NCBI RefSeq assembly: GCF_964188315.1
Contig: NC_135667.1
Coordinates: 26,536,001-26,600,000, forward strand
Reading direction: 5' to 3'
DNA from: Podarcis muralis
Taxonomy: Eukaryota
DNA: 64,000 bases
Made by a program: the position numbers and the translations under genes
Notes under the pieces: generated by a model
The model's input: only the letters and a program-made list of their open reading frames with translations
Told to the model about the DNA's origin: nothing
Databases searched by the model: none
Shown here: positions 10,801-22,658 of the stretch, in pieces
Layout: every line of letters starts with the position of its first letter
Position numbering within the stretch: position 1 is the stretch's first letter

Positions 10801-12648
10801 GTAGATCCAGATTATGTCCCTGTACCATTCTCTTCCGAACTGTTTACCTCCCACCAAGATCTATGCTCGGCTACCCCAGATGAATTGCTACTAAGGAAGC
10901 AAAAGTAAGAAATCAGCCCAGTAATTAGTTGGCTACTTCAAAGCAATCCAATACCTTTAGCCTTCCTCACCTCTGTTCCTAACCACAAAGACCTGTCCTT
11001 TATTCAGTCTCTACACATATTGCCGTTCTGAAACTCTCCACCTTGCTGAAATCATGAAGGAAACAACACTTGATTTCACTAGTATGAGAGACACATGCAG
11101 CTTATGCTTCCAACCTATCACTCACTGTTCTCATTGCAGGCAGCTTGTCCACTTAATAAAACACCAACCCAATAGCACCACTGAGCAAATAGCAGAAGTG
11201 ACTGGATATTTCACTACCATGGTGACAGAATGCTGCAAAACTGAAAATCATGAGGAATGCTTTACGACAGAGGTAAACTTCTTAGAATGACAAATGTCTG
11301 GGACAGTTTCTTCTTCACTGACAGCCTGACAAGGCTGAGGCGAAGTGTTTGATTGGGATATGAGTACCTAGGCCTGGACTCCTCCTCAATGACAAGAATG
11401 GCAAGTAGCTCTCAGGGTTGTGGGATGTGGTGGGGACCAAAGGAATGAGGAAGAAAAGCTCCATGTTTTGAAAGTGGGGCTCTGGAAATATAGAGTTGCA
11501 ATTGCTATTTATAGCTTTAAAAAAATAGAATGAGGCCATGGGTGGAGGAAGAGTATGCTGCAGGGATCGGCATGGCCTAGCAGAAGGCTGCACCGGACTG
11601 CACAGCATCCAGAGACATGTGTGACACTGCATGCCACGTGAGTGAAATCACACACATGCAACGTATGATGCCCACCCCACCCCCACCCCAGTCTTGGGGG
11701 CAACACCTCCGGTCCAGGAGGATACTATTGTCAGTGCTAACAAAAGCCTATGAAAAAGTCTAGTAAGAGCAATGGTGTCATGCTCTTCTGGTTCCTCTAC
11801 CAACATGGGTCATTTGTCAGGGCAACCGGGGCAGATTCAGTTTCAAACCTGGGTCTGAACCCAAACTGAAATGGGTCTAGATTTCCTCTTGGAATGCCTG
11901 CAGCTGCTTTGACATTACCCTCTTGAGTACCTTGCCGCCAAAGGGGGCATTTGCAACCAGGCAGTAGTTGCTCACTACAGTAAATACTGTCATAAGAAAA
12001 AATGTAACCTGATCAAGCATTCTAGAGAATGTGATGGAAAAAGAGATTTCACCAGTTCCAGTCCAATATATTTTGTTGCCTGGAGTTTGCTTGTCTCCAG
12101 CATTCCAACCCCACCCCTACCCCCACACGACTCTCCTAAGGTTTCACAGCACTATTCAAACACCAGTTCCTGTCCTCTTCTATCCCCCCTGGCAGAACCA
12201 AGTCAGAATTTCTCTCTTGAAGAGAAAGAGAAACTGGTATCGCATGTAAAAAGTATGCCCACCTACATAGGAATGTGGCTAGGATGGGGTGGTGTGTTTA
12301 GCAATGCAAGGCCAAATTTGGAGGATGAGGTGGGAGCAACAGGGGCTTAGGAAGAAAACATGGTTGAATTTGAATGCTCTGCTCTAGAAATATACAATTG
12401 CAATCACCATTTTTGCTATAAAATTAGTGGGAGGCTGTGGGTGGAGGTTTTAAGTTTCTTCAAGGTGCCGGAATGAGCCCCTGTATCATTCACAATAGAC
12501 TACTAGAATTAAACTGGCACAATTGTTCAATGCAGAGATCTATGGTCAACTTGGAGCTCTTTCTCTAGGAATGTCAAAGGGTGTTTGTCATTTCTTCCAG
12601 GGTCCAAAACTGGTTGATCGCAGTAGAGCTGTTTTTGGAGAGCAGTAG
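3649..12648 (+). CDS. Albumin-family protein (serum albumin / alpha-fetoprotein-like), exons 6-14, 5'-partial, 404 aa visible
   Basis: Nine GT-AG exons of 98,130,212,133,98,139,224,133 bp plus 48 coding bp splice into one open frame (1215 bp). Sizes and phases match human ALB exons 6-14 (98,130,215,133,98,139,224,133). Typical C..CC..C spacing. Orthology (ALB vs AFP vs lineage paralogue) cannot be decided by eye. Confidence 0.95.
4856..4891. repeat. (AT)n microsatellite
   Basis: Direct reading. Confidence 0.95.
4941..5070 (+). CDS. Albumin-family exon 7
   Basis: tttccag acceptor, GTAAGT donor, 130 bp; EVADLSRKFPKTDF...HEVFCKGDTLEYFLDV. Confidence 0.95.
5601..6130. mobile_element. Tc1/mariner (Tc2-like) MITE
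   Basis: TIRs CCGTATTTTTTGCTCCATAAG / CTTATGGAGCGAAAAATACGG; TA at left, CA at right. Confidence 0.8.
6161..6372 (+). CDS. Albumin-family exon 8
   Basis: cttacag acceptor, GTATGG donor, 212 bp; [32 protein letters not shown]...EVCQNFTENK. Confidence 0.95.
7361..7493 (+). CDS. Albumin-family exon 9
   Basis: gttccag acceptor, GTGAGT donor, 133 bp; FVYETGRRNP...LEKCCETEHPEECFHQG. Confidence 0.95.
7924..8021 (+). CDS. Albumin-family exon 10
   Basis: cctttag acceptor, GTATGC donor, 98 bp; EGELRQYADNTLETLKMRCNLYEKAGDHGFQN. Confidence 0.9.
8754..8892 (+). CDS. Albumin-family exon 11
   Basis: tttgcag acceptor, GTGAGT donor, 139 bp; VLVHYTKRAPEM...AKCCKEDDAHILVCADEN. Confidence 0.95.
9820..10130. 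repeat. LTR-like dispersed repeat fragment in albumin intron 11
   Basis: Reverse complement shares GAGGGxAAAAGTTGGGAAATAxTxGGxGAGGA with the repeat at 22659-23254. Confidence 0.4.
10681..10904 (+). CDS. Albumin-family exon 12
   Basis: tctctag acceptor, GTAAGA donor, 224 bp; TDLLLGEVCQRHE...NCCEDSYEFRRDCFSNL...DLCSATPDELLLRKQ. Confidence 0.95.
11140..11272 (+). CDS. Albumin-family exon 13
   Basis: attgcag acceptor, GTAAAC donor, 133 bp; QLVHLIKHQPNSTTEQ...ECCKTENHEECFTTE. Confidence 0.95.
12601..12648 (+). CDS. Albumin-family exon 14 (last coding exon, stop TAG)
   Basis: cttccag acceptor; GPKLVDRSRAVFGEQ*; donor CAG/GTGAGC at 12657/12658, 9 nt after the stop, as in the albumin-family layout. 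Confidence 0.9.
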   Translation, partial: GPKLVDRSRAVFGEQ

Positions 12649-13373
12649 CCATCTCAGGTGAGCTGATTTGCAAGCATGGCTTGTGTGAAAAGGTTTAACT
12701 GATTCAACATTGACAATGTAGGATGAATGTTATCTGCCACTACTTGCAGTGAAAGTATTACGTATGAAGGACCTTGCTTAACCTCTGTTCTTATTTATGT
12801 TATACCACTAGCCAAGGTCTGGAGTATCTATTTATAGCCAGAACATGGCATTATGACAAAAGAATGGATATTTGAACCACTCAGAATGCATGTCTTCATG
12901 ATTAACACTTCCTCCTCTAGGATACAGAGAGACTCAGATTCTGGGGACCCATTTTATTATCTCAGATATCTCAAAGAGGATCATGCCCTGGAGGTTCTAT
13001 TGCATCTATCACATACAGTATTTGCCTCCAACAAATAAAACTTTCAGAGTTTTGAATTATTTCAGAAGCTTGCACCCAGATGAGGTATATGTGCCAGCTC
13101 CTAGAGGCCGAGGCAGTTTCAGCCCCCCCCCCAATGTTTTTTTTTGTTGTTGTTGTTTTGTTTGTTTTTTGTTTTTTTGGAGTCCAGGTCCCCTCAATGT
13201 TCAGAGGGCTTTTGGCTCTGCCCCTGGCTCCTCGCGGTGTTGCACACACAATGTCAGGACGTTGCACAACATTGCACATGTGACATCATGTGCTCCTGGG
13301 TCCCCTCAATCAAGGGGGCGGGCTCTTGAGAAAATAGTGCCTCTAATGAGAGGTAACAAAGAGGGGATGTATA

Positions 13374-13616
13374 TAGAGTCATACCTTGGTTTTCAAATGC
13401 CTTGTGACTCGAAGGTTTTGGCTCCCAAATGCCACAAACCCGGAACTGAGAGTTCTGGTTTGCAACCTTTTTTTGGAAGCCAAACATCTGACGTGGCTTC
13501 CGCAGCTTCCGATTGAGCGCAGGAATCTCCTGCAGCCAATCAGAAGCTATGTCTTGGTTTTCGGAAGTCAAACAGACTTCCAGAGCAGATTCCATTCAAG
13601 AACCAATGTACAACTG
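13374..13616. mobile_element. pogo/Tigger-like MITE (degenerate)
   Basis: TA-flanked, degenerate inverted ends (GTCATACCTTGG / CCAATGTACAACTG); related to 53203-53425. Confidence 0.6.
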
Positions 13617-14426
13617 TACACACAATAGGAACCAATGCCTTTCTCACCCCCCCTTTTTTTTATGTCTACAGCCGTAGGGAGGCTTCTCCAAACCAAATAC
13701 TTAAAGGGCCTCTGATTATGCAGCGGCAAACCCACATTTGCCAACAAACATACACTCAGAGGTAATCCAAGTATAATACACAGAAACAAACAGAAACATA
13801 GTTCACACTTTACATTTTCAAGTGAACATTCTGGTCTTACCTCCCTCTCAAATTTTCTACCTGATTGTCAGTAGGGCTGATAAATTTCAATTTTGGGCTT
13901 TTAAAACATACTACTTGCTACTGAATTGCTTTGTAGGTTGCTTAGTTCAGTTTGCCTGTCCAACTATACTTATTCCTAATTTATTGCTCTTTTTTATGCT
14001 TTATATCCTCTCCCTGCCCTTGGAGTACCTTTCATTCTTAGGGCATGAATCCTGGAAAAATTCAGAATAATAGAAGCAGGGTTTTTTCCCAGAAGGGCAT
14101 GTCAAATTCTCCCCTTCATTATTAGTAAAAAAAACAAACAAACAAAACCCAGCTATCACTTCTTTTTCTTTTGACATAAATGGATGGAATTTGCTGAAGT
14201 AGTTGTCCATCCAGGGTGAGTTTAGTCTCCCAACTTACAAGAAAGTACACCAAGTGTGTGTGTGCTGGGTGCCTTTAAATTAAAATTATTGTTGTTTCAA
14301 AATAATGGGACTGTGTGAACTGACTACTAGATGTGAAATGAGGGGTTTCTCGTTTTCTCTAAAATGTTCTGCTTGTTCTTATTTGATTGCTGCAAATAAT
14401 TATTTGCTGTTTTCTTCTTGCTCAAG

Positions 14427-14600
14427 AAAGGAAGAACGCTGGAAATAAAGCCCAAATAAGCTCAAACATCCTTGGTTGCTTCTTCACTTGTGACGCATCA
14501 CCTTTCTGATTCACAGGAAACAAGGATTTGATTCTTCCATAATCTTCATCTCTCACTATAGTTTTACTGTTGAGAGTTAATAAAGTGTTTAAAATCTTCC
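14427..14600 (+). other. Probable non-coding exon 15 (3' UTR) of the albumin-family gene with poly(A) signal
   Basis: Pyrimidine tract + AG at 14425-14426; AATAAA at 14444 and 14579. Albumin-family genes have a non-coding exon 15. No transcript evidence. Confidence 0.55.
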
Positions 14601-15038
14601 CCTGTTGCAGTACAGTGATTCAGTTAATTAAAAATATAACATATGGGCTTGCGTGTGTGTGCATGTGAAAGGAGGTGGTGTGTTGGAATTTGGGAGCACT
14701 CTGTAACTTTTGGTACCAAGCAGACAAACAGAAACCTGTTTCCCATGGACTTGCTCTCTCTATTTGACTATTCATCCCTAGAGTGTCTGCTCTCCCACAT
14801 CTGGGCTTTAATCATGGTGTGTGCAGGGCAGGGCAAAAGGGTCAGAATGAGTCAGAAACTCTGAGCCAGATAAATCTGCAACTGTTGGAAGCACGAAGAA
14901 GCTGCTATGTTCCCTTACAGCTGAGCATTGAGCAGGGATGGGGAACTTGTTGCTCTCCATATATTTTTGGATTCCAATTCCCATCATCCCCAGCTAGCAT
15001 AGCAAATGTCTGAGGATGAAGGGAGTTGTAGTAATCAG

Positions 15039-15309
15039 CAGAGCTGTAGCTAGGTGATCTTGCGCCCTTGGTAGAACCATCCAGATTGCGCCCCCTAGCC
15101 ACGGACAAATTAGCTCTTCTTTTCACCTCTCCTCCAACCCACCCTCCTCCACCCATTCAATTCACCCTCTATTTAAAACCATTTCTTATGAGGCAATAAT
15201 CAATATTTATATTTATGGACATATTTTTATCTGATTTAGCCCCACCTCCACCCCCATTGCATGTGCCCCTGTAGGGGGCCCACCTCACCACTCCCTAGCT
15301 AAGGCCCTG
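15039..15309. mobile_element. Degenerate MITE with 16-bp imperfect TIRs
   Basis: CAGAGCTGTAGCTAGG vs reverse complement CAGGGCCTTAGCTAGG; no TSD seen. Confidence 0.4.
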
Positions 15310-16161
15310 TCCATCAGCATCTGGAGAACAACAGATTCCTCATCCCTGGCTTTGTGTACCTCAGCAGGCTGCATTGCTTTCTTCTGACCTTTACACCCCT
15401 TCCAGATCCTGCCTCCTATATGGATATGGTGACTCCTTTACTGTTATATTTCCTCACAAAGCAAAAATATAGAGCTACAATGTCCACAATGCATGGCAAA
15501 GTCCAACTACGTACTCCAAGTGAATTATTCTTTCAGCTGATAAGAAAAGATGGTTTTGCTTTGTGTTCTAATTTGGGGTAAGTAGAAATAGTGGCATTTA
15601 TGGTTTGAGTAAACTACTGAACTGAAATGCCTAGTTTCAAAATTAGAATTTTAAAAAATGTAAACACACATTATTATTATTATTGACCACACACTGTGGA
15701 AGATCAGGGCCATTGAGCGATGGGCTTGCATTTGCACCCCTACATCCATTCCTGGTTTTCTACATTGCACAATCAGAATAATGGCCTGAACACGACCACA
15801 GTTGTTTCAGTTTGGGGATTTTTTTTCCTGATGCGCATAGGTTAGAGGGGAGATCCCTATCACAATCCTGTTTCGTTATCTCATCCCAGTACAAGTTTCC
15901 AGAGTATGTTGTTAAACATCAAATATTTACTCTTCAGCAGCCTTGGATGCCAAGAATACAGAACTCTTCTTTGAACTTGGACTCTAACTAGTGATCCATT
16001 GCCATCATTTCAATTCAGCTTTGGATGAAACATTAATGGAAGGGGGAGGGAGGCGGTATAAAAGTTATAGGCTGATGAAGAAATCACTTACTGCATTATT
16101 GATTGGACTAACTTACCAATGTTATGTGTCCTGCCAATTTACTTTGGCAGGCAAGCCTTCA

Positions 16162-16196
<35 letters not shown>

Positions 16197-17247
16197 CGCA
16201 AACCAATATGTAGACATTTTGCTGCCTGTGTGAATGACAAGATGCCTGCACCTCTATATAGATAAGCAGGATGGAGTGGTAGTTGAACCTTACTTTAGCA
16301 CAGGCAAAGCGATAGCATCCTTCACCTCATATGAAGGTTTCAGGCTATATTGAGGGGTGCACAAAAGGTCACACAGCACACAAAAAGAAGCACAGGATAC
16401 CATGTGCTCATTGCTGCACCTGACACCTGCTTGCTGCTCATTTAAACAGATGACACAATACAGCAACGGTGAGCAGAGCAATGCAAACACATATGTGCTA
16501 CCAGCTGCAGTGCACGGTCTGGCATCTTGGGGCCTTCCCCAAGATGTTGCACAACTGGGGTTTATATCGTGGGCTACAGCTCCTTCCTTGCATAATTTAT
16601 TCTGATATCACCAAGTTGGGCACTTTTCTTTTGGGTGAAGACAGAGGGAAAGTAGGTGTTGAGCAGTTTCGCCTTCTCTCTATCACCCAATAGCATTTCT
16701 CTGTCTTCACCTTGCAGAGGATCTGCCATTTGTTTGTTCTTCCTTTTGCTTTGAACTTAGCCAAATAAACTTTTATTTTAAACTCTGTTGCAAGCTGAGC
16801 TCATTTAGAACTTTGGCCCACTCGACTTCCCTGCAGACGTTGGCTACTTGTATATACGCTTCCTTTGTGATTTCCCCTTTCTTCCATTTCTTATGCATGA
16901 CCTTATTAAATCTCAGTTAAACTGTATGCTCCTCATGCAGCCACACAACTTTCTTTAGATGCATTCCTCTTTTCTTTCTCGTTGAAATTGTCTGCATTTG
17001 CACCTTCAACATTTGTCATTGTCTTTCAAATCCTTTCTGATGCTTTCTAGCCAACCAGGTGAATGTGTTCCGGTGTGTTGGGGGGAATGCTCTGTTTTAT
17101 AAAAAAAGCTGAATTCATTGGATATTACACAATAGTTGAGATTTAGTTGAGAGGGCACGTCTTTGATACACAGATCATAAGAAATGATACACAGAAACTG
17201 TGCACTTAGTGTGCTTTTAATTATGACTCTTTCTATCCATCTAAATA

Positions 17248-17489
17248 CAGTGGTACCTCGGGTTGAGAACTTAATTCGTTCTGGAGGTCCGTTCTTAACC
17301 TGAAACTGTTCTTAACCTGAGGTACCACTTTAGCTAATGGGGCCTCCCGCTGCCGCCGCGCCGCCGCCGCACGATTTCTGTTCTCATCCTGAAGCAAAGT
17401 TCTTAACCCAAGGTACTATTTCTGGGTTAGCGGAGTCTGTAACCTGAAGCACCTGCAACTTGAAGTGTCTGTAACCCGAGGTACCACTG
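17248..17489. mobile_element. pogo/Tigger-like MITE, complete
   Basis: TA-CAGTGGTACCTCGGGTT...AACCCGAGGTACCACTG-TA; several copies in the window. Confidence 0.9.
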
Positions 17490-19869
17490 TATTATTGTTT
17501 TTATGTTATGTAAATGAAATATATATTTCATTTCTTGAATGACAGGTCTTATACTTGTATGCAATGTGATACCTTATTACCATTTGGTTACTTTGTTTCT
17601 TTCTTAGTGTGATATGCTTACATTATTAATTTAATAAATCATGTATTTCCTCGTCTCAGGTGTTTGTGCTACCCCCGGTAGCAGCCCTGGCAGTGAAGGT
17701 TTGTCAAGTGCATTCTTAACTGGCTGCTTATTGAGCATTAGTGACAGCATCTCTTGTATTTTCTGGTACTTGATCAGTAGTTGCTAGGGCTGTTCTCCTT
17801 GTTTTGCCTTTGGGGGTGACTTGCTATTATGTGTTATGTACATCTGAATACAAAATATCCTACTATCAATGGCTGTGGGTTTCAGTGGCTTGATATAAAA
17901 TAGCTAGGGATGGTTTGATAGAGTTAAGAAGAACATTGCCATTGTTACTCAGTATGTCAGCACAAAACTTTAAAAAGGGGGTGTCTGGTGAAGTCCACAG
18001 AAATCAGAGTGAATTCTGACCTGGAAATGGGCCACTCTGTGCACTCATCCTACGTACAGAAATATAAAAAATGGGCAACGCTACATTCACTTGTGTTAGA
18101 GCAGGAGAATCAAGTCAAGAATGACTTCACAATCACTTTCACTTTCATGCTTCTTGGATCCAGGACAGGATGAAACTAGCCTCTCTCTTTTTTTTTCCTT
18201 GACAGAAAAGAGATTGTTATTTGTGCTTCCCCTACAACTTCACTTTTATTGGGTATCCTGTCTCCTTTTGAAAAGTTGTTTACGCTTCCAAGAACGCTGG
18301 GAATGGTTTTATGCCAGACAGAAAGGCAGCCTGCTTGTGCCTGGACTTTATTAGCTATGTTACATCAGAAGATGTTATCTCCTCTGGCAACATGTTTGCT
18401 GTACCTGGAGGCAGTTCTGCAATTTTATCTGATATACTTGAAGAAACTGTTTTATGTGCCTATTTTATACGTAGAATTTTTCTCTAGCAGCAGTGACATA
18501 CGGTGAAATTTTTCACAGGAAAACAGTTAGGGCTCATGCATGCGTATTGCTCTGGAGGGCTGTGCAGTTTTGCAGCCTTTGCAGAGGTAATCACACACAG
18601 AGAGACAGAGAGGTGTGCATGCACACACATACATAGAGCCTGGAGACACTGGCTAAGCAGGTACACAGAAAGGTCCTGCTGGGAACATTAAGGGGACTAG
18701 ACAGCTCTATCACATTGGCTTCCACAAGCACAGAGTTCAGATAACTTTTCACAGCAATACATACCATGATAGGTAGAATTACATCCAAGAGATGCTTGAT
18801 ATTGCCCTTGCAGAAAGCTCAGTGGGGGAATGGAAGCTTAACATGTCTTTGAACATAGTGCAGGAATAGATAGCCTGTGGATCTACAAATGTTGTTTGAC
18901 TCCAGCTCCCATCAGCTCCAGCTACCATGGCAGGTGCTTAGGAGCTATGTCAGTTGTACATCACCAACATTTGGAGAGCCAAAGGTTCCCTATCCCCCCT
19001 ATTACTTCAAAAGAAAGTATGTGGTGGCTTTTGATGTCTTCAGAATTCTACCCATAACCTTTCAAATAGCATGAGTATATGCTGGAGAGGAGAGCAGCTG
19101 CCACCTTGTTCATTGCAGAGCTTTTAAAAGGTGAGTTTAGAACTGCCCAGTGGTTTGTGATTGTCATTTGCATGGCTACACACATCCGTATTTTCCTTGT
19201 TTGCATACATGCTTTCTTGCTTAGAGTGATTCTAATGGTGACATTTATAAGCCTACACAAAGTAGGAGTAAAACCTCACCACCAGTGGTGAAGCTGCATA
19301 GTCTGCACCGGGGGCGGAGAGCAGGCAGGCGCATGGCGTGATGGTACCCCCCTCCCCGATGGTGCAGGGTGTGGTGTGCTCCCCCCACCCCCCACCCCGT
19401 TCCTTCGCCAGTGTTCACCACTGAACTGTTAATCTGACTTGAGGGTGGGGAGAAGGACACCATACCATTTCCAAAACCATACCTCTTCTTTATACAGCAA
19501 GGCATAGCACATTACCCATTTAAATAAAACTAACTTTTCATTATCCAAAGTTTTTTTTTCCCCCTCTAATGAAGAAAACACAGCTATTCTAAACTTCAGA
19601 CAAAACTGGGTGGTTCATTTCATTCCTCAACATGGCTCAGTCATGAAAATGTGAATTAATAAATTCGGTTCATCTGCAGGCAGAAGATATCACAGAATAA
19701 TAATCACAACAAATATATTTTGTCTGTCAGTGTCCTCAGACCAAATCCACAGCATACATTGAAGGCACTAAAATATCTCTTTAAGCAGCCATGATCCAGC
19801 AAATTCAATAGTGTAAATTGCCACAATTAATGAGTTTGGGTACAGTTAGAATGTAGAATCCAGGAAATA

Positions 19870-19978
19870 CAGATGTACCTCAGGTTAAGAACTTAATTAA
19901 TTCTGGAGGTCCGTTCTTAACCTGAAACTGTTCTTAACCTGAGGTACCACTTTAGCTAATGGGGCCAAGGTACCACTG
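19870..19978. mobile_element. pogo/Tigger-like MITE, internally deleted
   Basis: Same family as 17248-17489, TA flanks retained. Confidence 0.8.
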
Positions 19979-20163
19979 TATGTCAATAAAGGAGAGTTGG
20001 CATTGCCATTGTTGCATGGAAATAACAAAAAGGCCCTGCTTCATTCCATGTACTCCTGAAATAAAGATATACTCAGTACTTGTTTGCAATGCTTACTAGT
20101 CATTGAAAGTCAAATGATGTGCAAATCCCACAAAGGGGCTTCGCCCATAAGAGTTCAGCACCC

Positions 20164-21117
20164 TCACATCACTGCATTACTTTTACATTTGCTGACAATC
20201 CTCTTCCAAGCTTCCTTCACTTCTTTGTTCCTCAGACTGTATATAAGGGGATTGACCAGAGGTGTCAGGACAGTGTAAAATACAGAAAAAAACTTATTTA
20301 GCTCCTTTAGTATTTTTGTTTTTGGTAGCACATAGACAATAATGATTGTTCCATAGAAAATGGACACGACAACCAAATGAGAAGAGCAGGTGGAAAAAGC
20401 CTTCTGCCTACCAGTTGCTGAGGGAATTCTCAAAACAGCATTAATGATGTAAACATATGATGTAATGGTTAAAATAAATGACGGAAGTGTGCAGAAGGAT
20501 GCCATGATGGTCAATGCAAGTTGAACCTTGTAGGTGTCAGTGCAGGACAGTTGAATGATAGGGAGGAAATCACAAAAGAAATGTTCTATTTCACTGTGGC
20601 CACAGAATGTTAGCTCAGATACAAAAACGATCAATATAGTGTTTTCTATGAAACCACACAGCCAAGATGCAGCTACCAGTTGAAGGCAAACCTTGTTGTT
20701 CATTATTCTTGTGTAATGCAGGGGTTTACATATTGCAGCATAGCGATCGTAAGACATCGCCGCAAGAAGGTAGCATTCGGATGCTGCTAAGGACGCTGCA
20801 AGCCACAACTGCATAAGGCAGCCATGGACAGGGACTATCCTTTTCCCAGTCAATAAACTATTCAACATTCTGGGCAGGATTGTTGAGGTATAGCAGGCCT
20901 CCAAAGAAGACAAATTCCCCAGAAAGAAGTACATGGGAGTATGAAGGCGCTGATCGGTCACAATTAGGACAATGATAAGGATGTTCCCAGTCATAGTCAA
21001 AACGTAGATGATTAGAAAGAGAAGGAAAAGAAGAATTTGCAGGTGCTGGAGTTCCCCAAATCCAAGGAGGATGAATTCAGTTGACATAGTTCGATTCACC
21101 CACTCTGATTCTACCAT
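20164..21117 (-). CDS. Olfactory receptor (class II, OR6/OR11-like), intact, 317 aa
   Basis: LHTPMYFFL, MSYDRYAAIC, FFCD, KAFSTCSSHL, PLVNPLIYSLRN. ATG at 21117 follows a minus-strand acceptor at 21131; the ORF-track start at 21195 is intronic. Confidence 0.93.
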   Translation of the reverse strand: MVESEWVNRTMSTEFILLGFGELQHLQILLFLLFLIIYVLTMTGNILIIVLIVTDQRLHTPMYFFLGNLSSLEACYTSTILPRMLNSLLTGKRIVPVHGCLMQLWLAASLAASECYLLAAMSYDRYAAICKPLHYTRIMNNKVCLQLVAASWLCGFIENTILIVFVSELTFCGHSEIEHFFCDFLPIIQLSCTDTYKVQLALTIMASFCTLPSFILTITSYVYIINAVLRIPSATGRQKAFSTCSSHLVVVSIFYGTIIIVYVLPKTKILKELNKFFSVFYTVLTPLVNPLIYSLRNKEVKEAWKRIVSKCKSNAVM

Positions 21118-21391
21118 GCTTTTTCCCCCCCTAGAGGCAAATAAAATAAAAGACATGCAATGATGCTTATATTGCAATTCTGGTGAATAGAACATATGGT
21201 TCTACGATAGATCATATAGTTTTCTCTATGGATGCCCAGTTTCTCATTCCAGTTCTGTAAATTAATGTGGGGTGGGGGAGGAAGAAGGTCAGGCCAGAGT
21301 TTTCAGTTCATTAAAGAGGCATGTTGAATATGATCTATTTAGATATTTCAGTATCTCAGATATTTCACTGTCACAGTATGGTGAATTATGA

Positions 21392-21403
21392 TGCTCACCT
21401 GAA
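21392..21403 (-). promoter_or_regulatory. Candidate 5' UTR exon splice donor for the OR at 20164-21117
   Basis: Minus strand TTCAG/GTGAGCA; the same 12-mer TGCTCACCTGAA lies upstream of the paralogue at 26661-26672. Confidence 0.5.
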
Positions 21404-22658
21404 ATAACAGCAATAGAAATTACCTGTATTCCTTAGTCAGAAAATCTAAAGCTTGGGACTTGTACTTATATAGCAGTTAAATCTCTGTTGTTATTGCAAA
21501 AGGACTTGATTATCTTCTCAGATCTGGCAGTCCCCATTCCCATTGTTTCTGATCTGTGTTCTGAATCTACTGTTTAAGAGGAAAATAAATATTTTTGTGC
21601 TAATTGAACTCTTGAGGCAGTACTGCTGCTCCTAGTTCCAACAAATCTGTTTTACCCTTTAAGGAATATGTACCCCCAGTACAATTCATTAAAAAACTAG
21701 TGCTGTGTGAAAAATGTCTTCTGTGTTTTCCCCCTACCCATTCTCCACAAGAAAATAAATCACACTCAGAAATTGTCGAAGAGAGAAAAATGTCGGTGAA
21801 ATTCTCAAGAGTGGGTTGAAGATTTTATGTTGCACTTACTTTTGTGAATTTCCTATCTTTTGTTCTACAGATCATTTCTCTGGTAATCTGCACTCTGTTC
21901 TGTAAAACAGATATAGATAAAATTTCTGACTGGTGATGTATATACTGTATTGTTGTGCAGTGTTGTATATTGTGGTGTATGGTGGATTGTCGTGTAAATT
22001 AATGTTGTTTGTCAAATAAAGTATTTTTGAAAAAATAAAATAGAGGACAAAGGGCCTTGGTGTGAGATGGGAAATGGGTGGGCCCCCTCCCTCCCCCCCT
22101 CCCTCCCTCAAAAGATAAAGCCAGAGTTTGAAGTAGAGTTTTGTGGTGATCTGGGTCAGAAGCAAGGCAGCAAGCTGAAGAGGTCCAGAGTGTAGATGCA
22201 AAGAGGAAAGTGCCTCAGAAGGGTGAGTTAACTGGGGCTGAAAAGCTGCAACTCAATTGATTTTGCCACTCTCTGGGAGCCTGCTGTGGAAGAAGGGGTG
22301 CAGCAGGAGGAATTGGAGGTACTGTATGTGTGAACATGCTAGAGGAGCAGCCAGCAGCTGAAGAAATGGTGGCTTATTTAAATAAACCATATTTCATAAA
22401 GATACCCCAGTCTCTTCTGTGCCTTACTTCCAAAGGAAACACGAACCCTTGGTTAAGCACCTGGAACCCTTGGAATCTTGCACCATTTGGAGATGGTGGT
22501 AGACTGCAACAATACTTTGCTTTGACCTTTGTTTCATCATGTAAATCACTTTCGGTCCCTTTTTTTGGGAAAAAACAAACAAAAAGATTGATTAGTGCTT
22601 ATTATTAAGATTATTATATGTGGACAATGCTCTGGCAATGATGCTTCATCACACATAA

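Noticed and set aside
12190-12250. Possible extra albumin exon (…EKEKLVSHVK) with AG/GT ends in intron 13
   Set aside because: Only a KLV resemblance to exon 14; the canonical exon set is already complete and in frame.
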